A stretch of 32,000 bases of DNA from an uncultured bacterium (GTDB lineage Bacteria; Patescibacteriota; Gracilibacteria; UBA1369; PNNO01): positions 1 to 32,000 of the forward strand of contig OY969931.1 of NCBI GenBank assembly GCA_963704705.1. The letters run 5' to 3'. Within the stretch, counting starts at the first letter, position 1; each line of letters begins with the position of its first letter. Positions 19,201 to 27,800 of the stretch are shown piece after piece. Position numbers and translations under genes: made by a program. A model generated the notes under the pieces. That model was not told the origin of the DNA and did not search any database. It was given only the letters and a program-made list of their open reading frames with translations.

Positions 19201-19450
19201 AGAAGCCAAAAAAGCAGGCCTTACCAACGTAAAGGCTGAAAACGTATCAATGGCCCGAGGAAAACAAATCGTTTTATCAATGTCGGTTCTCGTTAAACCG
19301 GAAAATATCATGAAGCTTCTTGAGTTTAATCCAAAGTGGCTTATCAGTGGCACAAAGCTAAAAATCAACATCGAAGACTTGGGGCTGCACTGGTTTGATG
19401 CTCTTGTCGACAATGTAAAGGTGCTTCAGAAAAAAATCAAAACAAGCTAG
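16211..19450 (+). CDS. mfd: Transcription-repair coupling factor Mfd
   Basis: 1079 aa; '[21 protein letters not shown]' (CarD-like/RID), '[32 protein letters not shown]', '[15 protein letters not shown]', '[13 protein letters not shown]', '[19 protein letters not shown]'. Start codon (TTG) uncertain. Confidence 0.95.
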   Translation: [1079 protein letters not shown]

Positions 19451-19495
19451 GCAGACGAAATGCGCGGATTGACAAATTTAAAATTTGGATTTTTG

Positions 19496-19621
19496 GGCGA
19501 TGCTGGCCGGGCAGCTTGTTTTTGGCTTATCAAAAAGAAAAAACAGCTTTGTTTGCGGTTTCGTCCCGGGATGGGATTTGAGGATGACTTTCCTCGCCCG
19601 GCCCAGCAAGAACTCTTCGCC
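19496..19621. other. Nested inverted-repeat structure (candidate structured RNA; strand undetermined)
   Basis: GGCGA (19496-19500)/TCGCC (19617-19621); GCTGGCCGGGC (19502-19512)/GCCCGGCCCAGC (19596-19607); AGCTTGTTTTT (19513-19523)/AAAAAACAGCT (19538-19548); TCGTCC (19561-19566)/GGATGA (19582-19587). Confidence 0.35.
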
Positions 19622-19766
19622 TTTCTGCCCCTTGACAAAACCACGTAATTCTTATACAATTGTACTCTTTTGATAAATTGGCGATTCTACTCGCTCGATT
19701 TGTCAGAATGCATCATTGACAAGGCAGCAAGAAGATAACCCACAGCAATTCACTGGGAGGTGAATC

Positions 19767-20378
19767 ATGAAACGTTCGACGTTCAGTTTGGTGGTTTTCG
19801 CAGTCGCGCTCTTCACGGCCACGTCGGTCGCGTCAGCGCACGAGCTCACCCGCAAGGAGAAGACCTTCTCGGTCTTCGGCGGCTTTTCCGCCGACGTCAG
19901 TCACCGCGCCATGGGCGGCGTGGTGGGCATGGAGTTCAAGATCCACCAGTCGGAGCACCACCTCGTGCTCGGCCTCGCCCCCCGCGTCGACATCCTGCAG
20001 GGCCAGACCCCGATCACCATCGGCGTCAACCCCAGCATCGAGACCCTCTTCGTCGACGCCACCCTCAACCTCCGCTTGCGCATGATCGCGGCCGACTGGC
20101 TGGCGATCGTGGGCGACCTCGGAGTGGGCTTGCGCACGGTGCGTCATAACGACGCCATCGTGGACGAGTACCGAATGATCGAGGGTGGCACCCACTACTC
20201 CGCCATGATCTCCTGGGGCGCGGCGCTCGAGTTTCGGCTCAGCGACCTCTTCCGCCTCAGCGGGTTCTACCACGGCGGACTCGCCTTCAACCAGCTGGTC
20301 TCCCTCGGCATCGAGCCGGTCAAACACGACCGGGTCATCCACAAGCTGGGCATCATGCTTTCCATCTTCTTCGAGTAG
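19767..20378 (+). CDS. Exported protein of unknown function, beta-strand-rich/outer-membrane-barrel-like, GC-rich gene
   Basis: 203 aa; signal peptide 'MKRSTFSLVVFAVALFTATSVASAHE'; strong Shine-Dalgarno GGGAGGTG at 19755-19762; alternating hydrophobic strands; last residues 'LSIFFE'. Confidence 0.7.
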   Translation: MKRSTFSLVVFAVALFTATSVASAHELTRKEKTFSVFGGFSADVSHRAMGGVVGMEFKIHQSEHHLVLGLAPRVDILQGQTPITIGVNPSIETLFVDATLNLRLRMIAADWLAIVGDLGVGLRTVRHNDAIVDEYRMIEGGTHYSAMISWGAALEFRLSDLFRLSGFYHGGLAFNQLVSLGIEPVKHDRVIHKLGIMLSIFFE

Positions 20379-20427
20379 TCGCACGCGCATTCCGCGCTGT
20401 GCCGGCTGCTTCCCGCCTGTCACTTCA

Positions 20428-20462
20428 ACACCCATCGTCCTTCGCGGCGGTGGGTGTCTTTT
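20428..20462 (+). terminator. Rho-independent terminator after the GC-rich gene
   Basis: ACACCCA (20428-20434) / TGGGTGT (20451-20457) with inner pairing around a TTCG loop, followed by CTTTT. Confidence 0.75.
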
Positions 20463-20482
20463 CAAAATCCGCACACACTACT

Positions 20483-20519
20483 GCTAGCAAAAAGCTAGCG
20501 ATTTGCATACGCCACTTTT
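20483..20519. repeat. 37-nt dispersed intergenic element, copy 3
   Basis: GCTAGCAAAAAGCTAGCGATTTGCATACGCCACTTTT. Confidence 0.75.
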
Positions 20520-20557
20520 GCACACGACCTCCAACCCCAAAGTATATTAAACAACAC

Positions 20558-20585
20558 TTGACTTTTTTCGCAAACAAACTATAAT
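20558..20585 (+). promoter_or_regulatory. sigma70-type promoter upstream of the 82 aa ORF
   Basis: TTGACT (20558-20563), 16-nt spacer, TATAAT (20580-20585). Confidence 0.6.
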
Positions 20586-20722
20586 GATTTTACATTTGTT
20601 AGTGACTAAGGCTTCTCTCTCCCCACTTAAGTAGTGGCTTAAAAAGCACTTCGTCACTTATTTTTGACAAGTAGGGGGTAGTTAAAATTATCCACACACA
20701 CACGAGGAGGACACGTTCGAAA

Positions 20723-20971
20723 ATGGCAAATTCAAAGGGGAAAGGCGATCTGGAGGTTGAAGAGCCGTGCGTTCAGATTGAGTGCACAGTATGCGGCAAA
20801 ACGTTCCCGTGGCATGTCCCAATTTCCTTGAAAGATGAGGTTCTCGCGAGCCTGATCGCTCAGGGGCTGACAAGCGGACACGCCAATCGTGACGTACGCA
20901 GAAAGCGCGCAACCGGGCCCATAAACAAGGCCCAGCTGTCCAAGCGGCAGCAAAAACGCAAGGCCAAGTAG
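20723..20971 (+). CDS. Small basic hypothetical protein with a single CxxC ('CTVCGKTF')
   Basis: 82 aa; 'QIECTVCGKTFPWHVPISLKDEVLASLIAQGLTSG...RKRATGPINKAQLSKRQQKRKAK'; GAGGAGG at 20704-20710. Confidence 0.6.
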   Translation: MANSKGKGDLEVEEPCVQIECTVCGKTFPWHVPISLKDEVLASLIAQGLTSGHANRDVRRKRATGPINKAQLSKRQQKRKAK

Positions 20972-21092
20972 GTCTCGAAGAAACAACGCTGTGTGGGGAT
21001 AAACAAAGAGCGGAGACTTTTAAAGTCAAATCCGTTCCAAACACTACCCCCTCACAGCAAAACCGAACTTTCAAAATCGATCTTTAAAATAT

Positions 21093-21503
21093 GGGGATGT
21101 ACTGGCATTCGACAGAGGTACTATTAATCTGTTAGTTGCAATCAGGGGATCGCGCTGTCTCCCCTCATATCCGTCCAGCGCATTTTTAAGTGCTACAACT
21201 GAAAAAACTGTAGCAGCTGCATACAGAAGTCTCTTCGGAGCTCCTGCAATGGCTGTTGCATAACTAAACGCCAATGCGTTTACGTCTTTATGGTTGATGT
21301 CTGATATTCCATAAAGGCGCCAATTATCAGGCTGGCCAATTTTTTACGGTTTAGATTATTGGCGAGGATGTAGACTAAACCACCCGGCTCGTGTATTTTT
21401 TTGTTCGCTTTCTATTCACGAGACGTAATTAAAACGGACTAAGATTGTAGACGCTGGCATTTTAAGCCTTTGCACCCGGGTTCGACTCCCGGCATCTCCA
21501 CCA
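21093..21503 (+). ncRNA. ssrA: tmRNA (transfer-messenger RNA)
   Basis: 5' GGGGATG(21093-21099) pairs with 3' CATCTCC (21493-21499), including a G3-U70 wobble; T-arm 'CGGGTTCGACTCCCG'; A + CCA end at 21503; internal tag frame 21192-21263: ATTEKTVAAAYRSLFGAPAMAVA*. Confidence 0.95.
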
Positions 21504-21508
21504 AAAAA

Positions 21509-21545
21509 CAAAGCCCCCTTACGACTGGCCGGCTTTGAGTTTTTC
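21509..21545 (+). terminator. Likely tmRNA terminator overlapping the 3' end of the convergent 612 aa gene
   Basis: CAAAGCC (21509-21515) / GGCTTTG (21531-21537) followed by a T-rich tract. Confidence 0.6.
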
Positions 21546-23357
21546 TATAATTTGTTCCGGCGACGAGGAGAACAATTCTGCCAATTCTCCCAAGGGCGAA
21601 CTTAATATTACAGGATCTCCCGGCTCCAGTTTTTCTTTTTCAGATAAAATTCCACCTATTTCATGGGCTCCACCGGCAACAAATAACGAATAGGCTTTTG
21701 ATGCAAACTGTCCTTCACCTATTACGACCAGGCTTTCGCGAAGCTTCTGTGGAATGTTGTCAAAAAATGCCGAACTTAATCTTGTAAGATTTTGAAGACC
21801 GCGGACGCTGGGATCCGTTACAACACAGTTCCAGCCATAAATAATGCTTTCAGGGGTAAATGGGCATAGGCTGCGTTTGATTCTTTCTTCATTAATTCTT
21901 GCTAAAAATTTGCCAAAATCTCTTTGTTTCGGTGAGCGAACGCTAGAATAATACAAAGGATCCTGCCATTCTTCACTTTCAAAAACTCCCTGCACAGTGG
22001 TCTGATGCCCGAACATTAAACCGAGAAGGTTGTCGTTTTCTATATCACGCAGCATTGTAAAATGTGCATTTTCCTGTGATTTTTCCTCAAATCTCTGTAA
22101 TGTGACTTCCGGATCATGCCAGAATACAGCCTTTTCTCCGGTAACAGGATGATGCGAATAAGAATCCAAATCAAAAGTATCCAGATCTTCCATCGACACA
22201 TATTTTTTATCTGTTCCAAATACCTGAGCTGCAGAAATAGGCTTTCCTTCAGAAGGATAAACAAGAAACTGTTTAAATGCATTTGCAAAAATATATCTGA
22301 AAAAGTCGGAAATTTCCCTTAAAGTTTTTTCCGAGATTTCTTCTGAAGTATAATTTTCAATTTTCACTTTTTTCCCCTCCCTGGTTTCAAATGCTGAAGC
22401 GTCAGTCACATCATTTATCGAAATACCTGAATTTATTAGTCTCTCCGGAACAAGGGGGATCCCTTTAAAATACTTTTTATCTTTTTCTAAGTTTTCTGAA
22501 GGATGGAGGCTTCTATATTCAGCCTGAATATCTCTGCCTTCCGCCAGCCTGTCACCAAATTCATGCCTGAACTCATCTCGCGGCATAGAAACTGCTCTTC
22601 TCAAGTCTCCTGCTTTTCTAAGCAGAATTGCAACGCCGCCATATGGATCATACTGCAGATCTTCGTAGCCGAAAGCATGTATGAGCGGATATAAATTTGA
22701 ATCCCGGCGTGTTTCACCGACCGCAATAAGATCATCATATTCAGGATGTTGATTTAAAACCGCCGCAGCCAGATTTGCAAAATTTTGACCTCCTCTCACC
22801 TTTCTTGAAAGAGCCATTCTGTTCCAGAAAAGCGTCTCATGCGAGGCGGCTTCTTCAATTGTCATTTCGATTCTTTGTGCAATTTCCCTGACAATTCCAT
22901 CAACATCATAGGTTCCCCTGTAATTAATGTTTGATTCGACGCCGTCTCTTAACGGAGCCACAAATGAAACAGAAGAACCTTCTATTTTGCCCTCTTTTAA
23001 AAGTAAAGCTCCGTAAACTTTCTGGGAAAAATATAACTTCAGGTATCGTGCCATCAATTCCGGATGGAGCATAAATTCGGCTTTCGCCTCGCAGTCGGGG
23101 CATCTTAAATCAACTTCGCGGGTTCTTTCGAGTTCTTCAAGAGGCACGTATTCCTGGAGAGTGTCTTTAACACCGTAAACTTCATCAACAGACAAAACGC
23201 GTCTGCATTCCGGATTTGTACACACGGCATATTCCCCAAACCCTTTGTACCCGAACCATTCGCGTTCCTGTTTTGCAAGCTCATGCAGTTTATCATCCGG
23301 CAGTTGGCTCATATCCGGGTATTGCATAATTTCAATACCATCATCTTGAGAGTCCAT
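21519..23357 (-). CDS. Uncharacterised 612 aa protein with N-terminal zinc-ribbon-like segment and C-terminal GNAT-like region
   Basis: 'CTNPECRRV...DLRCPDCEAK' two CxxxC/CxxC pairs; 'YGWNCVVTDPSVRGLQNLTRLSSAFF' resembles an acyltransferase core. Six nt from the upstream decarboxylase gene. Confidence 0.6.
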   Translation of the reverse strand: MDSQDDGIEIMQYPDMSQLPDDKLHELAKQEREWFGYKGFGEYAVCTNPECRRVLSVDEVYGVKDTLQEYVPLEELERTREVDLRCPDCEAKAEFMLHPELMARYLKLYFSQKVYGALLLKEGKIEGSSVSFVAPLRDGVESNINYRGTYDVDGIVREIAQRIEMTIEEAASHETLFWNRMALSRKVRGGQNFANLAAAVLNQHPEYDDLIAVGETRRDSNLYPLIHAFGYEDLQYDPYGGVAILLRKAGDLRRAVSMPRDEFRHEFGDRLAEGRDIQAEYRSLHPSENLEKDKKYFKGIPLVPERLINSGISINDVTDASAFETREGKKVKIENYTSEEISEKTLREISDFFRYIFANAFKQFLVYPSEGKPISAAQVFGTDKKYVSMEDLDTFDLDSYSHHPVTGEKAVFWHDPEVTLQRFEEKSQENAHFTMLRDIENDNLLGLMFGHQTTVQGVFESEEWQDPLYYSSVRSPKQRDFGKFLARINEERIKRSLCPFTPESIIYGWNCVVTDPSVRGLQNLTRLSSAFFDNIPQKLRESLVVIGEGQFASKAYSLFVAGGAHEIGGILSEKEKLEPGDPVILSSPLGELAELFSSSPEQIIEKLKAGQS

Positions 23358-23363
23358 ATATTT

Positions 23364-24590
23364 TTAGGTTAAAGTGTTATATGAAATATATTCCGGCAAT
23401 CCAAAACCGTTAAAAAGCGTTCCCTGACAGTCCAGGTAAGCCCCGGCTTCAGCCACCCATAAGTAGTCATCAGTTTCAATATTCACCGGAAGATCTACAT
23501 TATGGATTACATCTCCTGAATCGCAGGTTCTTCCAAAAATAGTAAAGGGAACTTTTTCTTCTGAGAATTTTTTTCCGCGAGGCGAATATGGCTGAAAATT
23601 ATATTTCCATCCCGGGTGTACAACGCTATCGCTGAAACTGGTAAAAAGACCATTAAAAATATAGGCGCATCTTTCCCCGCTTCTTTTTTCAACACTTGTA
23701 ACCGGAATTACAAGATCAACAGCTTCAGCAATAATTGAACGGCCCAGTTCGATTATTATCTCATAGCCATCCCCAAGCAATTCTTTAATTGCCATGTTTA
23801 TTGCTGTAATATATTCCGATACCTCATACTTGTCTTTTGGGAAATAATTAACGGGAATACCTCCTCCAAGATTAATAATATGAATATTTTTGTGAGCTTT
23901 TGCAACTTCGGCAATCTGCGAAATAGCATTTCTGAACGTTCGCGGATTTTTATTTTGCGAACCAGTATGCACCCCTAACCCACCTGTTACATTGGGCAAT
24001 CCATCCAGACGATCCAGAAGGTTTTCAGCTTCTTCCCTTGAAGCGCCGAATTTTGTTGAAAGATCAATCACGGCGTCCTCGTTGGGAGTCTCCATACGCA
24101 CAACCAGCTCCAGAGGCTTGTTTTGCGAATGAGTTAGAATTTTTTCAAGTTCCGCACGGGACTGTATAGTAAAATGGCTTACTCCCATTGCGCGGGCAGC
24201 CTCAATGTCTTTTTGTCTTTTAACAGGATGATTATATAGAATTCTTGCATCCGGATTTACCGCCAGCACATCCTTCATTTCATTAGGAGAAGCACAGTCA
24301 AAATCTTTTATCCCGGCACCGGCCAAAACCTGAAGAATTCGCTTTCGGGCATTCGCCTTAACTGCATAGGCAACAGTAAAATTGTTATGAACGCTCTCAC
24401 GCCCGAAATTTTCAATTAAAAATTGTCCTCTTTCATGTAAAGATCGTTCATTTAAAAAGCAGAAGGGGTCTTCGGGATATCTTTGGCATGTATCCTTCAT
24501 CACTTCAGTTAAAGTTTCTCCAGGATGACTGTAAAAAACCCCATCATCATCAAATGATTGGCCTTGAGAGTTATAAGCGGAAGAAACCAT
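23364..24590 (-). CDS. Group IV PLP-dependent decarboxylase (ornithine/diaminopimelate/lysine decarboxylase family)
   Basis: 408 aa; 'YAVKANARKRILQVLAGAGIKDFDCASPNEM' (PLP Lys), 'GLGVHTGSQ', 'INLGGGIPVNY', 'FGRTCDSGDVI', 'EAGAYLD'. Confidence 0.9.
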   Translation of the reverse strand: MVSSAYNSQGQSFDDDGVFYSHPGETLTEVMKDTCQRYPEDPFCFLNERSLHERGQFLIENFGRESVHNNFTVAYAVKANARKRILQVLAGAGIKDFDCASPNEMKDVLAVNPDARILYNHPVKRQKDIEAARAMGVSHFTIQSRAELEKILTHSQNKPLELVVRMETPNEDAVIDLSTKFGASREEAENLLDRLDGLPNVTGGLGVHTGSQNKNPRTFRNAISQIAEVAKAHKNIHIINLGGGIPVNYFPKDKYEVSEYITAINMAIKELLGDGYEIIIELGRSIIAEAVDLVIPVTSVEKRSGERCAYIFNGLFTSFSDSVVHPGWKYNFQPYSPRGKKFSEEKVPFTIFGRTCDSGDVIHNVDLPVNIETDDYLWVAEAGAYLDCQGTLFNGFGLPEYISYNTLT

Positions 24591-24831
24591 CTGATATAGA
24601 TTAAGTGAAATTATATAATATAGGATATTTTGTTAAATAGCTAATTCATAAATGTTAAATATTTTTTATATAAAAATTTTTTTCGAAAAAACAAAAATAT
24701 TAAACTAAAGCATGTCAACGCAATATTCTTATATAATTCAATTTTTATTGTTAAACAAGAGACTTTTTTGTATTATTGATTTGTGATCCTCCTGTTATTC
24801 TGTTCAGAAAAATTTCAATAAATTAAAATTT

Positions 24832-27800
24832 ATGTTTCTAGTAAAAAAAAGATTTTTAAAAACACTTATTTGTTTTTTGGTTATATTTCAGTGTGGACTA
24901 GTTTCAGCCATCCCTGCTGCTTTTGCCGCAACAAATATAGGTACAGATGTTACAACGGACGGTGATGTTAAAGCCGGAGACGGATCCTTTATCCTGCTTG
25001 GATCCCAACCCGATCCTGACCCGGCAGGGGTGAATGGTGCTATATATTACAATACAACAAACAGTAAATTTCGTTGTTACGAAAACAGTTCCTGGAAAGA
25101 CTGTATTGCTTCTGCGGCTTCTGTTGTTCTTTCTTCAATCGGTTCCGCGATAGTGGCGAATACAATAAATAACGGCGACTTCGCCCAGATATGGAATTGG
25201 TCGCTTACCACAGCGGATCAGATAGGACTAAATATTTCTGAAAATTTAGCTTCGACAGCAGGTGGGGATCCGCGCCTTTTGGGAATTTCCACTCTTGTTG
25301 GTTCAACCGCACAACCCTTACATATTGAAAATTTTGGCAATAACAACAGTATAAGTGTTGATGACGAGCCGGGTGATACCACGCCTTTTGTAGTAACAGA
25401 AACTGGGCAGGTCGGTGTCGGCACTTCTACTTTTAACGTAGCCAATACTGAAAAATTGAAAGTTGAATCCGAACCCGGATCTCAAAGAATCTCCGGCTTT
25501 TACGGGGATATCAATGCTCCCCAATATATAAGCATTCAAAACAGAAATTCTGGCATCAACGCCAGTTCAGCCATATCCTCAGTTTCTGATGACGGCACAA
25601 CATTTTCAAATTATATCACAACAGGTATTGCGTCGTCGGGTTTTGCAGACCCACTTTATTCGATTGCAGGTCCCCATGATGCATATATTTTTAATGTTGC
25701 TGATTTTTCAGGTACTGGAGGAGGAAATCTCGTTATTGGTACCGCAGAACCTAATAAGAGTATTAAATTTGCTACCGGAGGAGGCCTGGATGCCAGCAAC
25801 GAACGATTAAGAATCGATTCCCTTGGCAATGTTGGAATTGGCACAACAACTCCGGGATCAAAACTTGATGTTAACGGAGAGATAAGATTTTCAAATGCCG
25901 CATCGGATTATGTCGGATTCACAGCTCCGGCAGCAGTTACAACTTCAACAACTTATACTTTGCCGGTAGACGACGGAACCGGCGGTCAGGCTTTGGTAAC
26001 CGATGGTTCAGGCAATTTATCATGGGCATCCGCAACCAGCGTATGGCAAAGAATTGGTACAGTACTTTCGCCGTTAATCGCGGGTGACGATATTACAACC
26101 ACTGGTAACATTTCAGCAACCGGAACAGGAACAGTAACTTCAGCAGGATTATTAACCGGCAGCGGAGGCGCAGATATCAGCGGTGCTGACGTAGAAATAA
26201 ATAAAGACAGCAATTTTAACACTTATATAAATACAGGCACTTCAACCGGAACAGTTAATATTGGAAGCAGTTTGGCAGGAGCCGTTGTGATAGAAAGTGC
26301 ATCAACCGTTACTTTACAGGGCGGAGCCAATACAATTACTTCGCCTACAGGTGAAATAAAATTTCAGGCAGCAGATTCAGCCACTACAGGAGTTGTAAAG
26401 GTTGGAGATGGTGGGGCTGGTTCAACCACACCCGATATTTTGGCTCTTGACGTTAAAAGTGACGCAGGAGATCCGGTATTAGGTAGTAACGGATCAATGT
26501 ATTACAACGCAAATACAAATAAATTTCGCTGCTATGTAAACGGCTCATGGAGCAATTGCGCCAGCGCGGCACTAGACACAACAAGCGCTGCCGTAGCAGC
26601 TAATACAATAAATAACGGCGATAACGCACAAAGATGGAATTGGTCGCTGACCACAGCCAATAAAAAAGGTTTCACTTTTGGTGAAAATGTGGCGTCAACC
26701 GCCAGCGGAGCACCGGTAATATTGACCGCTTCGACCCTGGCTTCGTCAACAGCCATGCCTTTATTTGTGGAAAATTTAGGAAACGGAAACAGCTTCAGAG
26801 TTGACGATTCTTCAGGAGATACAACGCCGTTTTTAATAGATGAAAATGGTAACGTAGCTATAGGCAGTAATTCTTTTGACCCGGTTAATCCCGAAAGATT
26901 AAAAGTAGAGTCTGGGCCTACTTCATCATCCTCTGTTATCTCAGCTTATGGTGATATCGATGCGCCTCTTTATATTGAAGTTAGAGATAGAAATTCTGGA
27001 ACTTCTGCTGCCTCAGTTTTTGCAGCTACAGCTGATGATGGAGACACTGGAACCAATTATGCCGCAATGGGAATTGCTTCTTCTGGATTTAGCGATCCTA
27101 CCTATGGTATTGCAGTTCCGCATGATGCATTCCTTTTTAACGTTGGGGACTTTACTGGTACGCAAGGTGGAAATATGATAATTGGTACTGTAGAGCCGGG
27201 TATGAGTATTAAATTTATTACTGGTGGTGGCGCAGCTGCTACAAATGAACAGATGAGAATTGACGAAAACGGGTACGTGGGAATCAACACAACAACTCCG
27301 GGTTCTGAGCTTGATGTAAACGGAGAGATAAGATTTTCAAATGCCGCATCGGATTATGTCGGATTTGCAGCTCCGGCAGCAGTTACAACTTCAACGACAT
27401 ATACTTTGCCGGCTGATGACGGCTCAAGCGGGGATGCTTTGGTTACAGACGGTTCAGGCAACCTGTCGTGGATGGGAGCCTTACCTCCTCTTAAGAGGGT
27501 AGGTACAACCATTTCTCCGGTTAATGACGGCGACGACATTACTACCTCGGGGAATCTTTATACTACAGGAACCGGCACCATTACCTCAGCAGGTTTATTA
27601 ACAGGCAACGCAGGGGCTGAGATTTCCGGTGCTGTAACGAATATAAACAATAACAGCAATTTTAATACAACAATTAATAATGGCACATCAACAGGGTCAG
27701 TAACAATAGGTAACAGTTCGGCCGGGACAATAGATCTAACAAGTGGCGCAGCCCTTACTTTAAACGGCGGAGCAACTTCCGGCTTTTCAACAACAGCCGG

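Noticed and set aside
19440-19660. RNase P RNA (rnpB) on the minus strand
   Set aside because: The minus strand contains GAGGAAAGTC, identical to the start of the conserved rnpB core, but the following CCGGG, the ACAGAA partner near the 3' end and enough length (>300 nt) are missing. Probably coincidence; an Infernal scan would settle it.
19833-20474. 213 aa minus-strand ORF opposite the GC-rich gene
   Set aside because: Typical antisense shadow ORF in GC-rich coding DNA; the plus-strand ORF has a signal peptide, a strong SD and a terminator.
21071-21274. 67 aa minus-strand ORF
   Set aside because: Overlaps the tmRNA gene and lies antisense to its tag region; not a protein gene.
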